From assembly GCA_965242525.1 (NCBI GenBank), contig OZ251459.1, positions 832,001-896,000 of the forward strand: DNA of 64,000 bases. The letters run 5' to 3'. The translations under genes were made by a program, and so were the position numbers. Source of the stretch: an uncultured Candidatus Binatia bacterium (GTDB taxonomy: Bacteria; Desulfobacterota; Binatia; UBA9968; JAJDTQ01). Positions within the stretch are counted from its first letter, which is position 1. Each line of letters starts with the position of its first letter. The notes beneath the pieces are model-generated. The model was given only the letters and a program-made list of their open reading frames with translations, was not told the DNA's origin and ran no database searches. Shown piece by piece: positions 19,330-28,275 of the stretch.

Positions 19330-20088
19330 ATGACGCAAGGCCAACGTCTGGTGGGCTCCGTCTGGCCCACCAACCGCTCAGGGACCCTGGGAGACGGGGA
19401 GTTGGACCAAAAGCTCCCTTCGGCCATCCGGCTGGTCCACACCACCATGGACTTCCAGGAGGGCACCGAGGAGGAGTTCTCCCGCTCCATACCGGGCTAC
19501 GAGGCCAAGGCCGCGGAGTTGGCCCGGCAGGGGCCCGCCCTCATCCGCGTGCTGGGGGCGCCGCCCTTCATGCTGCTGGGGTTCGCCGGCGAAGGCCGGG
19601 TCGTCTCGGACTGGGAACGGAAGTACGGCGCGCCCATGTTCACGTCGGGACAGAACCACGTGCGCGCGCTCCGGGCCCTGGGCGCCCACCGGGTGCTGGG
19701 CGCCACCTACCTGCCGGACAACCTGAACGCCGTCTTCGCCAACTACCTGCGAGACGCAGGCTTCGACGTCCTGGCCATGGAAGGCATGGACGCGCCCTTC
19801 CACCAAGTGCCGCAAGTCCCGGCCGCGGCCATCTTCGACCATCTCAAGGCCTTGTTCCAACGCCATCCGGGCGCCGAAGCCCTCTACCTGCTGGGCTCCG
19901 CCTGGAAGGTCCTGGAGATCCTCTCGCCGCTGGAACGGGCGTTGGGCGCGCCCGTGGTCTATCCCCTCACCGCCCGCAACTGGGAAACCCAGCTCCGCCT
20001 GGGTTTCCGCCAACCCATCCCCGGCTACGGCCGCCTCCTCTCCGAAATGCCCGACGCCGGCCCTCCGGTGCTGGAACCGGGAGCGTAG
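19330..20088 (+). CDS. Maleate isomerase/AMDase-fold protein, paralog of 11386..12111
   Basis: Shares GAPPFML, WERKY, AGFDVLAMEG, LGSxW and GYGRLL with the paralog. Confidence 0.8.
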   Translation: MTQGQRLVGSVWPTNRSGTLGDGELDQKLPSAIRLVHTTMDFQEGTEEEFSRSIPGYEAKAAELARQGPALIRVLGAPPFMLLGFAGEGRVVSDWERKYGAPMFTSGQNHVRALRALGAHRVLGATYLPDNLNAVFANYLRDAGFDVLAMEGMDAPFHQVPQVPAAAIFDHLKALFQRHPGAEALYLLGSAWKVLEILSPLERALGAPVVYPLTARNWETQLRLGFRQPIPGYGRLLSEMPDAGPPVLEPGA

Positions 20089-20105
20089 CGCCCGTTGCGA
20101 CCGGA

Positions 20106-20369
20106 ATGAACCAACTCACCATAAGAGGGTTCGATGACGAATTGACGGCTCGCATCCGTCAGTTGGCGAACAGGGAAGGCATTTCGCTCAACCGAGCCGT
20201 GTTGCGGTTGCTGCGTCGAGGGGCCGGCCTCGGCGAACGTCAGGGTGAGACCGGTACCGTGGGATCTTCGCTGGATCATCTGATCGGCACTTGGACGGAA
20301 GATGACGCGGCCGAGATGGACCGTGCCCTCGAAGACCTTTCCCGGGTCGATGAAGGAATGTGGCGATGA
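20106..20369 (+). CDS. Orphan FitA/VapB-like ribbon-helix-helix antitoxin
   Basis: MNQLTIRGFDDEL...EGISLN RHH; C-terminal LIGTW...DEGMW typical of antitoxins preceding PIN toxins. Confidence 0.75.
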   Translation: MNQLTIRGFDDELTARIRQLANREGISLNRAVLRLLRRGAGLGERQGETGTVGSSLDHLIGTWTEDDAAEMDRALEDLSRVDEGMWR

Positions 20370-20371
20370 GG

Positions 20372-20626
20372 GTCATATTCGTGTGGGTTGCGACACTCCC
20401 CACCCCGTCATCCCCGCGAAAGCCCTGTCTCGTCATTCCCGCGAAAGCGGGAATCCAGACCTTGCGAGAAAACCCCATGGGCACCCTGTATGAGAGGTTT
20501 GTACAACGAGGGCGAGGAAAGCGGATTCCTGCCCTCGCTTCCGCGAGGACATGCTTTCGCGGGAATGACGGCCTGACCTCTGTCGCTCCCCTTTCCCTCC
20601 TGCATTACCACACGAAAGCCTGAAGA
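20372..20626. mobile_element. MITE/REPIN-like non-autonomous element, copy 1
   Basis: Inner inverted repeats CGTCATTCCCGCGAAAGC (20431) / GCTTTCGCGGGAATGACG (to 20570); outer TTCGTGTGG / CCACACGAA; near-identical to 24619-24800. Confidence 0.75.
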
Positions 20627-20633
20627 TCCGTAT

Positions 20634-21029
20634 TTACAACGTGGGCACGACAGCGGATTCGATGATACGCCGGTCGTGCGTCATCACCGTTGCGCCGAGA
20701 AGTTGGGCCGAGGCGACGATGATGCGGTCGGCTGGGTCACGCGGAAAGAACGCTGGAAGGTTGGCTACGGCAGCCGCGATGGCGGGTGAGATGCCGACCC
20801 GCTGCATCAGCGGTGGCGCGGTCGCAGCTTCGAGCCATTCCCTCAGAGGCAGCGGCAGGGAGATACGTTTGAGATGATGCAGCGTCGCTATCTCCCACAA
20901 CGTGATATCGGACACCCACAACGGATTCTCCGTACTTGCTTGTCCGAGAACCTCTTTCTGTTCCGGGGACAGGCGTTGCTCTGTCCCCAGCCAGTAAACC
21001 AGGACATGCGTATCGAGGAGGAACTTCAC
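20634..21029 (-). CDS. vapC: VapC PIN-domain toxin
   Basis: LLDTH, SDITLWEI, DPADRIIVASA, THD. Confidence 0.92.
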   Translation of the reverse strand: MKFLLDTHVLVYWLGTEQRLSPEQKEVLGQASTENPLWVSDITLWEIATLHHLKRISLPLPLREWLEAATAPPLMQRVGISPAIAAAVANLPAFFPRDPADRIIVASAQLLGATVMTHDRRIIESAVVPTL

Positions 21030-21274
21030 TCGATTTGGTCTTGTTCCGCACCCCCAAGGTCGGCTTCCAGCACCGGACTGACGATATCCCCGTGGATTTC
21101 CACGGTTCCGAACAGGGCCTCCTGCGGGTAGCGATACTGTTCGGGAACCGGTGGAACGAGCCGGGCGACCGGCTTGCCGCGTTTCGTGATCGTTACGGCC
21201 TGTCCGGACTGCGCGACCTGCTCAAGGATTGCCAGGCACTTGGCCTTGAATTCCGAAGCGTTGATTTCCTTCAT
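21026..21274 (-). CDS. Phd/YefM family antitoxin
   Basis: INASEFKAKCL...ITKRGKPVARLVP; 4-bp overlap with the toxin gene. Confidence 0.92.
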   Translation of the reverse strand: MKEINASEFKAKCLAILEQVAQSGQAVTITKRGKPVARLVPPVPEQYRYPQEALFGTVEIHGDIVSPVLEADLGGAEQDQIE

Positions 21275-21334
21275 GGGACTACCCTATAGGACCGATCTCG
21301 ATAATCAACATCGCTTCCCGGCCCCGACCCCGCC

Positions 21335-22654
21335 TCACGCATACCGCGACATGGTCACCGGCGTGTACTCGTCCGGGGCCTGGGTGACGACGAGTCGGGG
21401 TTCGATGCCGTAGAGGCGGCGGGCGTTGCCGCCGAGCATCTTTTCCTGGGCTTGGCGGGGGACTTTCCACTTGTTCATGTTGTCCATGGCCTCCCACACG
21501 TCCGCGGCGTCCAGGTGGGGCATGTCGGAGGACCACAGGCCGATGTCCTCGTACAGGTCCCAGAGCCGGAAGGTGATCTCCTCGTCGCCTTCGAAGGCGA
21601 TGAAGCAGCTCTTGTAGAAGACCTCCTTTGGGTCGCCGATGTTCTCGTTGGTGTGCCGGTAGAGCTCCAGGTAGCCTTCGGCCTTTTCCAGCACCAGCGG
21701 CAGCCAACTGGAGTTGGATTCCAGGATGGCCACCTTGAGGCGCGGGAACTTCTCCAGCCATCCGGTCATCAGCACCACGCCGGTCCAGGTCATGGCCTCG
21801 GCGATGAAGCCGTAGGCGGCGTCGCCGGCCTGCCGGGACCCCATGGCCTGCATGATGTTGGCCACGAACTGGCCGGGCGAATAGACGAGGATGTCCTCGT
21901 CGCCGAAGAGCCGCTTCCGGTCCGCGCCCATGCGTTCCGCCAGCCCCTGCGACATGGCCTCCCCCCGGGACGGGAACGTGTGCATGCCCAGCACCACCCC
22001 CAGCTCCTCGAACTCCTTCCACAGGGGGTCGAACTCGGGGAAGGTGGGGTAGCGGCCGAGGGCGATGATGGGCCGCACCAGGGCGGACTTGAAGCCCCGC
22101 TTGGCGACCCGCCGCAGCTCGTCGATGGCCCGGTCCACGTCCTGCAGGGGCAGGACCGCGGCCGGGTACATTCTCTTCCGGTCGGCGCCGCAGTAGTCGT
22201 AAACCCAGTCGTTGTAGGCCCGGGCGCACAGGTGGGCCGCCTCGGCGTTCTCCACCAGCGGCAGATAGACGAACGTCGAGGGGAAGATCATGACCTGGTC
22301 GATGCCGGACGCATCCATGTCCTTGAGCCTGACGTGCGGGTCCCGGGCGCTGGCGTTGCGTCCGATCTTCTCGTCCCATTCCCTGGTGCCGGGCCGGGTG
22401 TTGCCGATCTCCTGCTTGGTCAGTCCCGGGTGCCAGGTCTCCGCGGGATACTTCCACTCGTTGGGACTCCGGAAACTGATGCGGGAGTTTCGCACCAGCA
22501 CCAGGCGGTCCGCGTCCCGGTAGAAGTGCGTCTTGGCGAGCTCCCGGTGGCGTTCGGGAATGTACTTGTCCCAGACCTCGGGGGGTTCGTAGATATGGCT
22601 GTCACAATCGAACACCGGGAAATCCTTGGTGCGGCCCTTTGCGCTGTACGCCAT
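21335..22654 (-). CDS. Amidohydrolase_2 family protein
   Basis: FDCDSHIYEP, YNDW, MH, ILES, WSSDMPH. Confidence 0.88.
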   Translation of the reverse strand: MAYSAKGRTKDFPVFDCDSHIYEPPEVWDKYIPERHRELAKTHFYRDADRLVLVRNSRISFRSPNEWKYPAETWHPGLTKQEIGNTRPGTREWDEKIGRNASARDPHVRLKDMDASGIDQVMIFPSTFVYLPLVENAEAAHLCARAYNDWVYDYCGADRKRMYPAAVLPLQDVDRAIDELRRVAKRGFKSALVRPIIALGRYPTFPEFDPLWKEFEELGVVLGMHTFPSRGEAMSQGLAERMGADRKRLFGDEDILVYSPGQFVANIMQAMGSRQAGDAAYGFIAEAMTWTGVVLMTGWLEKFPRLKVAILESNSSWLPLVLEKAEGYLELYRHTNENIGDPKEVFYKSCFIAFEGDEEITFRLWDLYEDIGLWSSDMPHLDAADVWEAMDNMNKWKVPRQAQEKMLGGNARRLYGIEPRLVVTQAPDEYTPVTMSRYA

Positions 22655-22733
22655 GATGACCTCCTGCAAGGCGGGTTATGGATCGAATTGTAGCGAGTGG
22701 GGCGAATGTACGTATGAACGCCGTTCCCGGAAG

Positions 22734-23582
22734 CTACTTCCGGTCGGGCCAGGCCGCCCGGGAAGCAAGGTCCTGCCAAGCCGCGGGCCGGCAGACGGCC
22801 TTGGCGGCTTCGTCGGGCGCCAGGGTCGTGTCCCAGTCGTTGCCCACGAAGCGGCAGCCGGTGACGCCCCGGGAGGCGTCGGAGACCAGCCACCGGATGG
22901 GCGCGGCCATGACCTCGGGTTGCACCAGCCTGGCCCGGTCGAAGGGCGCGTTCTCGGGGATGAAGGAAGTGTTGGTAGGGCCGCCGGGCACCAGCACGTT
23001 GACGGTGACGCCGGCGCCTTCCAGGTCCCGGGCCCAGCTTGCGGACGCGGCCTCCAGCGCGGCCTTGGACATGCCGTAAGGGGTGTAGGCGCCCCGGAAC
23101 ATGGTGTCGAGGCTCGTGGTCACGTTGACGATGCGTCCGGACCCCTGTTCCACCAAGTGCGGGGCCACGGCCCGGGCCATGAGGAAGGCCCCTTTCCAGT
23201 TCACGTCCATGACCGCCTGCCAGCGGTCGGGCTCCACTTCCCAGAAGCGTACCGGCTCGCTCATGTAGTCGGGGCTCACGGTCTGCATGCCGATGCCGGC
23301 CGCGTTGACCAGCGCGTCCACGCGCCCGAACCGCTCCAGCACGGCGCAGACCACCCGCTCGCAGTCGTCCGCCTCCGTGATGTCCGCGGCGAGGGTGGCG
23401 AGCGCCCCTTCGTGGGCCAAGCCCGCGGTGCGCCGCGCCACGGCCTCCAATCGCTCCTCCCGGTTGTCCACCACCGCCACCCGGGCGCCGTCCTCCAGCA
23501 GGGCCAGGGTCATGACCGTGCCCATGCCGCCGGCGCCGCCGGTGATGATCACGACCTTGTGGCTCAGGGGTCTTTCCGGCAT
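22734..23582 (-). CDS. Short-chain dehydrogenase/reductase
   Basis: ITGGAGGMG, VNAAG, YGMSK; start reset to MPERP. Confidence 0.92.
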   Translation of the reverse strand: MPERPLSHKVVIITGGAGGMGTVMTLALLEDGARVAVVDNREERLEAVARRTAGLAHEGALATLAADITEADDCERVVCAVLERFGRVDALVNAAGIGMQTVSPDYMSEPVRFWEVEPDRWQAVMDVNWKGAFLMARAVAPHLVEQGSGRIVNVTTSLDTMFRGAYTPYGMSKAALEAASASWARDLEGAGVTVNVLVPGGPTNTSFIPENAPFDRARLVQPEVMAAPIRWLVSDASRGVTGCRFVGNDWDTTLAPDEAAKAVCRPAAWQDLASRAAWPDRK

Positions 23583-23667
23583 CCTGCGGCTCCCTTCCTC
23601 CAATCCCCATGAGGCCGCGGGCCGCACGCGGGCAGGGCCGCGGCCCCTCGGTGCGGCGCCGGGGGCG

Positions 23668-24477
23668 TCATCCCGCCTGCTCGTTGGCCTTGTACTGCCG
23701 GTGGTTCCGGTCCAGGGCCGCGAGACATTCCGGGTCGAAGTCCCGCTGCGCCACGGGCTCGGGTTCCCAGTAGCCGTGCGTGTCCTCGCCCCGCAGCAGC
23801 GCCGCGGTGGCGTGGTCGAACAGGGTCTGGCGCACGTGCGGCGCGATGAAATGGATCGAGTAGCCCAGCCGCCGGTGGTCCGAGTCGTTGGGGTTGGAGC
23901 CGTGGACCACGGTCTCGCTGTGGAACGAGATCTCGCCGGCTTCCAGCACCACGTCCACCGCCCGGGACTCGTCCACATCCTCCACGGTCTGGCCCCTGGA
24001 CAGGAGGTTGTCCTTCTCGAAGGTCTCCACGTGCTTTCGGGCGCCCCGTGCGTGGGAGCCGGGCAGCACCCGCATGCAGCCGCTCTCCACCGTGCTGTCG
24101 GTAAAGGCGAACCACGCGGTCAGGGTCTCCCGGGGCTCCAGGCCGTAGTAGGTGGTGTCCTGGTGCCAGGAGACGAAGCGGGGGTCCCGGGCGTTCTTGG
24201 TGAAGAAGCTGGATCCCCAGCACAGGATGTTCGGGCCGATGACGTCCTCCACCGCGTCGAGCATCCAGGGATGGCGGATGAGCTCGTTGAGCCAGGGGAA
24301 GGGGAGGTGGGCCTTGATGCGGTACCGCTGCTGTATCTCCCCGCCGATGGTCCGCTCCACCTCCTCCAGTTTCCGCCGCAACTCGCCCGCGGATCCCCGG
24401 TCCATCACCCGGACCGGGAACAGGAACCCGTCCCGGCGGTAGGCGTCCACCTGCTCTTGCGTCAGCACCCTGGGCAT
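23668..24477 (-). CDS. PhyH-family Fe(II)/2OG dioxygenase
   Basis: WHQD, GCMRVLPGSH, VHGSNPN..RR. Confidence 0.92.
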   Translation of the reverse strand: MPRVLTQEQVDAYRRDGFLFPVRVMDRGSAGELRRKLEEVERTIGGEIQQRYRIKAHLPFPWLNELIRHPWMLDAVEDVIGPNILCWGSSFFTKNARDPRFVSWHQDTTYYGLEPRETLTAWFAFTDSTVESGCMRVLPGSHARGARKHVETFEKDNLLSRGQTVEDVDESRAVDVVLEAGEISFHSETVVHGSNPNDSDHRRLGYSIHFIAPHVRQTLFDHATAALLRGEDTHGYWEPEPVAQRDFDPECLAALDRNHRQYKANEQAG

Positions 24478-24570
24478 TTCCTCCTCCGCTGGCGGCGCCG
24501 GTCCCCCGGTCCGCGCCAGCCTACCGGCCAATCTGACCCCGGCAGCGCCGTCTGTCAACCCGCGCCAACT

Positions 24571-24800
24571 CCGTCATTCCCGCAGACGCCCGCCTCGTCA
24601 TTCCGGCAGAGTCCGCTTCGTCATTCCCGCGAAGGCGGGAATCCAGACCTTGCGAGCAAACCCCATGGGCCCTCCCTGTATGAGCGATGAAAGTGGATTC
24701 CTGCCCCCGCTTCCGCGAGGACATGCTTTCGCGGGAATGACGGCATGACTCCCGTCGCTCCGCTTTCCCTCCTGCCTTACCCATACGAAAGCCTGAAGAG
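24571..24800. mobile_element. MITE/REPIN-like element, copy 2, preceded by two degenerate family B units
   Basis: CGTCATTCCCGCGAAGGCGGGAATCCAGACCTTGCGAG...GCTTTCGCGGGAATGACG plus a shared arm ending GAAAGCCTGAAGAG. Confidence 0.75.
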
Positions 24801-25176
24801 CCTTCGTTGATAATGGGCTCCGATTGTGGCACAGTCCACGAAAATCAACGGTGTCCGGTCAAGCATGGAACGAATCAAGCTCTCCAACGCTCCTTTCTTC
24901 GTCGAAAAGGTCCGTGGCATCGTAGCCCCCCCCCCGGCCGGGAGACTGATCCAGGCCCTCGACCGCACCGGCACAGAGCGCCGTCGCGCCGCTCACCGGT
25001 TTGCGAAACCCCATGTGGTAGATCTGCGCTGTCCGTGCCCGGAGACGGCTTCCGTGTCGCCCTGCCATGATACGGCGGCGTCGGGAAGGGCGCTTCCTTG
25101 TTACGATCAATGGGTCGGGGAGGATTCGACCCCCTTCGCCCAGGAAACTTCGATCTCGCCGGAGAGGAGACTTCAC

Positions 25177-26910
25177 ATGAGGAAACCCTGGACAATCATC
25201 CCCGTTCGTCCCGAGCGTAGCGGAGCGAAGTCGAAGGACGCCCTTTTCGTCCTCGCAACCGTCCTGATGATCGCGGCCCTGGCCGGTTGCGGCGGGGGCG
25301 GAGGCGGCAAGACCGCGGCGCTGCCCACGCCTGTGCCCATAGGGGAACTGCCCCAGGGTAGTATGCTGGAACCGGGCACGATCCTTCCGGGTATCAGCCG
25401 GACGCTTCAGAACCCCGACGGCACGAGGACCGTCGTTACGTGCCCGCCTGACGGCCCTGCCTGCGTAGTCACCCTTGGCCCGGACGGCGCCCCCCAATCC
25501 ACCGGCGGTACGCCCACTGTAGAGACCTTTTCGACCATCGAACTGCCTGACGGTCACGATCTGATGGCGGGCACGATCCGTGCGGGTGGCCCCCCTCGAA
25601 CGGTTCACCGAACCTTCGACACGAGGACGGTGGTCACCTGCCCGGCCGACGGCGAAGACTGCGTCGTCACCACCGTTACGGGGAACGGCGCCGAATCCAG
25701 GGGCGGTGCGCTCACGGTAACGACCTACACCACCCTGTACCTGCCGAGTCGTCATACGTTGACGGAGGCTACGACGATCCCTGCGGGTGAGGTCCGGGCG
25801 ATAGGCTATTCCAAGGGCAGGAGCCACGCCCTCGAGTGCCCGTTCGACGGCGAAGCCTGTGTGGTCACCCTTGGAGAGGACGGCGCCGCCGAATCCACGG
25901 GCGGCACGCCCTATGTCTTGATCACGATCACCAACAAGACGGTCTGGCAGGCCAACAACGGCCCTGACGGGACTTCGAACGGAGCCCATGCCAGGGGCCT
26001 CGTCGAAGAGAGGCTGCTGTCGAGCGGCGCCCTCAACAACGTGTTCACGGACGATCCCGTAAGGAGTGGCGCCAACGTGCAGAGCACTGCGAGCTCCGAG
26101 CCGTCAGTGGGCCTCACCGCTAGCTGGGCCAGCAGCGACACGGCGCCGACGTTGGGGTATGACCGGGGGTCCGGCAGCTACCCGGTTGACGAGGACAGTG
26201 AGACCCCAGCCTTGGGAGAGGGTTGGAACGGCGCCGCGCTGACCCGCAGTGCCAGTAGGGGAAGGACCGGGGTCGTCATCTACTCGAACATCGCGAAGCA
26301 GCCTGACGGGGGAAGTGTGGACCAATACTACCTGACCTTCGGAGCGTGGCTGGAGACGCCCGTCGATCCCACGGACGCTATTTGGTACAGCATGGGAGCC
26401 TTTGCGGACGGCAGCTCGGATAGTCGGATCACCAGGGCCTCGCTCAATACTAATGTCGATACGGCCACTTACGAAGGTCCGGCAACCGGTTTCTATACGA
26501 AGGCGACCTACCGCGGCTCGGGCGGCTCGCGTGCGCTGGCGAGCGCAGAGGTCGGTTCCTTCACCGCGTTGGCCAACCTGTCCGCGGACTTCGGCCTGAC
26601 CGCCAACGCCATTACCGGGTTTGGCGGAAGCGTCACCAATTTCAGGGAGAACGGCGAATCCCTCGGTGATTGGGAGTTGTCCCTGACGGAGACCTCCGAC
26701 AACATAACCGGCAACGACCAGATCTTCGTAGGCAACACTTCCGGTAGTGCGCAGGGTCGCAGCTTGACGGGCAGATGGGCAGTCGAGTTTTACCGGAACA
26801 CCGCAGGCGCAATCGCAGACCACGCTTCGGGGACGTTCAGCGCCTCCACCGCTGCTGCGAACAACGATGCCCTGTTCCTCGTCGGCGCGTTCGGCGTCGA
26901 GAAGCAATGA
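25177..26910 (+). CDS. Surface lipoprotein with three Cys-pair repeats and a C-terminal TbpB-like beta-barrel
   Basis: GGAG RBS; lipobox LAGC then GGGGGG; 3x CPxDGxxCVVT...S(T/R)GG; YLTFGAWL, ATYEGPATG, SFTA...ADFG, terminal GAFG. Confidence 0.75.
   Translation: MRKPWTIIPVRPERSGAKSKDALFVLATVLMIAALAGCGGGGGGKTAALPTPVPIGELPQGSMLEPGTILPGISRTLQNPDGTRTVVTCPPDGPACVVTLGPDGAPQSTGGTPTVETFSTIELPDGHDLMAGTIRAGGPPRTVHRTFDTRTVVTCPADGEDCVVTTVTGNGAESRGGALTVTTYTTLYLPSRHTLTEATTIPAGEVRAIGYSKGRSHALECPFDGEACVVTLGEDGAAESTGGTPYVLITITNKTVWQANNGPDGTSNGAHARGLVEERLLSSGALNNVFTDDPVRSGANVQSTASSEPSVGLTASWASSDTAPTLGYDRGSGSYPVDEDSETPALGEGWNGAALTRSASRGRTGVVIYSNIAKQPDGGSVDQYYLTFGAWLETPVDPTDAIWYSMGAFADGSSDSRITRASLNTNVDTATYEGPATGFYTKATYRGSGGSRALASAEVGSFTALANLSADFGLTANAITGFGGSVTNFRENGESLGDWELSLTETSDNITGNDQIFVGNTSGSAQGRSLTGRWAVEFYRNTAGAIADHASGTFSASTAAANNDALFLVGAFGVEKQ
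25180..25247 (+). repeat. Family A repeat inside the lipoprotein coding sequence
   Basis: Homologous to the intergenic copy at 44624-44691. Confidence 0.85.
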
Positions 26911-26943
26911 AGGAACGCCTGATCGATGCGGCTTTCCCTCGGG

Positions 26944-27054
26944 AAAGGGCGTCCTTCGACTTCGCTTCGCTACGCTCAGGACGAACGGGGAGGGTTGCTA
27001 CGCTCGGTACGGAGAGGGGTGCTGCTCGGTACGGGGAGGGGTGCTGCGCTCGGG
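26944..27054 (-). repeat. Family A repeat (inverted relative to 25200) followed by three 22-24 bp tandem units
   Basis: 45/47 identity to 25200-25246; units ACGG(G/A)GAGGG(G/T)TGCT..CTCGG. Confidence 0.8.
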
Positions 27055-27061
27055 CAGGCCG

Positions 27062-28252
27062 CTACAGCCGGGCCGCGGCTCGGAGGCTGGCGATCATGGA
27101 GATCCGTAGCAGGTAGTCGTAGGACTTCTTCGGGTCCGCGGCGGTCTCCCGCAGGGTTCGGCGGAACCACTCCTGCCGTCGGGGGTCCCGGGTCTCCAGG
27201 TCCAGCTTGTTGCGGGTGGAGTGCACGTTGGCGTACTCCAGCGCGATGGGACGGCGCTGGCGCTCGTAGCGGTCGAGCTCCGAGGCCGGCGCGCGCCCGC
27301 GCCAGACCCGCGCCAGTTTCTCCGCGAGGTTGCAGCCGTCGTGGATGCCGCCGTTCATGCCCATGCCGCCCAGGGGGTTGTTGATGTGGGCGGCGTCGCC
27401 GGCGAGGAACGCCCGCCCCTTCCGGTAGCGCGCGGCCACCCGCTGGTGCACCGGGTAGAGGGTCCGGTGCCGGACCGGGTAGGGCCGCCCGGTTTCCACC
27501 ACCCGCTGGAGCCGGGCCTCCACGCTGGCGTCGCCGAGCACCGCGGCGTCGCTCTCCTCCGGTCGGGCGGGGAACATCACCCGCCACAGTCCCGGCGCCC
27601 GCAGCAAGAAGAACCACTCCTCCGGGTCGGCGAAATAGCTCACCGGCGCCAGCCCGGGGATGTGCTCCTCGAACGGGAAGGGCGTGCTCACCACCAGGAA
27701 CCGTTCGGGCCAAGTGAACCCGTCGAAGGGGATGCCCAGGGCCTTGCGCACGTTGCTGCGGGCGCCGTCCGCGCCCACCAGGAAACGGCCCCGGAAGCGC
27801 CGGCGCGCGCCCCCCCGGGTCGCCACCGCGGTGACTCCCCCTGCGTCTTCCTCCACGTCCGTGACCTCGCAGGAGAAGACCACCTCGGCCCCGGGCAGGG
27901 TCGCGAGTTTTTCGTACAGCAGCCGGTTGAGCTTGAACTGCTCGCACTGGAACCGGTAGGGGTGCCCGGTGGCGTCGGCGATCTGCCCGAAGTCGAACTC
28001 CGCGATGCAGCCCGAGCGCTCCCGGTACTGGAGCCTGGGGGCCTTGATCCCCAGGGCCAGGAAGGCGTCCAGCACGCCGGTCTGCTCCAGCATGTCCAGT
28101 GTGGGGGGATGGAACGTGGAGGCGCGCAGGGTTTCCGGCAGCGCCGGCTCGGCCTCCAGGACGGTCACCGGCACGCGGCGCCGGGCCAGGTACAGGGCGG
28201 TCACCAGCCCCACGGGACCGGCCCCGGCAACGAGCACGCCCTCGGCGCCCAT
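27062..28252 (-). CDS. FAD-dependent monooxygenase (MhpA/PheA-like)
   Basis: GAGPVG, GADGARS, AGDAAHINNPLGGMGMNGGIHD. Confidence 0.92.
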   Translation of the reverse strand: MGAEGVLVAGAGPVGLVTALYLARRRVPVTVLEAEPALPETLRASTFHPPTLDMLEQTGVLDAFLALGIKAPRLQYRERSGCIAEFDFGQIADATGHPYRFQCEQFKLNRLLYEKLATLPGAEVVFSCEVTDVEEDAGGVTAVATRGGARRRFRGRFLVGADGARSNVRKALGIPFDGFTWPERFLVVSTPFPFEEHIPGLAPVSYFADPEEWFFLLRAPGLWRVMFPARPEESDAAVLGDASVEARLQRVVETGRPYPVRHRTLYPVHQRVAARYRKGRAFLAGDAAHINNPLGGMGMNGGIHDGCNLAEKLARVWRGRAPASELDRYERQRRPIALEYANVHSTRNKLDLETRDPRRQEWFRRTLRETAADPKKSYDYLLRISMIASLRAAARL

Positions 28253-28275
28253 CTCCCCCGTTCGCCCCGTCCCCG

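Noticed and set aside
20360-20623. Small ORFs inside the repeat element (VIPAKAGIQ / WIPAFAGMT peptides)
   Set aside because: Translations of the palindromic repeat, not genes
24571-24800. Possible CRISPR array from the repeated CGTCATTCC units
   Set aside because: Only 3 degenerate units with very short gaps, no unique spacers and no cas genes; REP/MITE-like instead
24826-25176. N-terminal extension of the 694-aa ORF
   Set aside because: RBS, signal peptide and lipobox indicate a start at 25177
26985-27054. Three 22-24 bp tandem units as a mini-array
   Set aside because: Contiguous with no spacers; best explained as slippage at the end of the family A repeat
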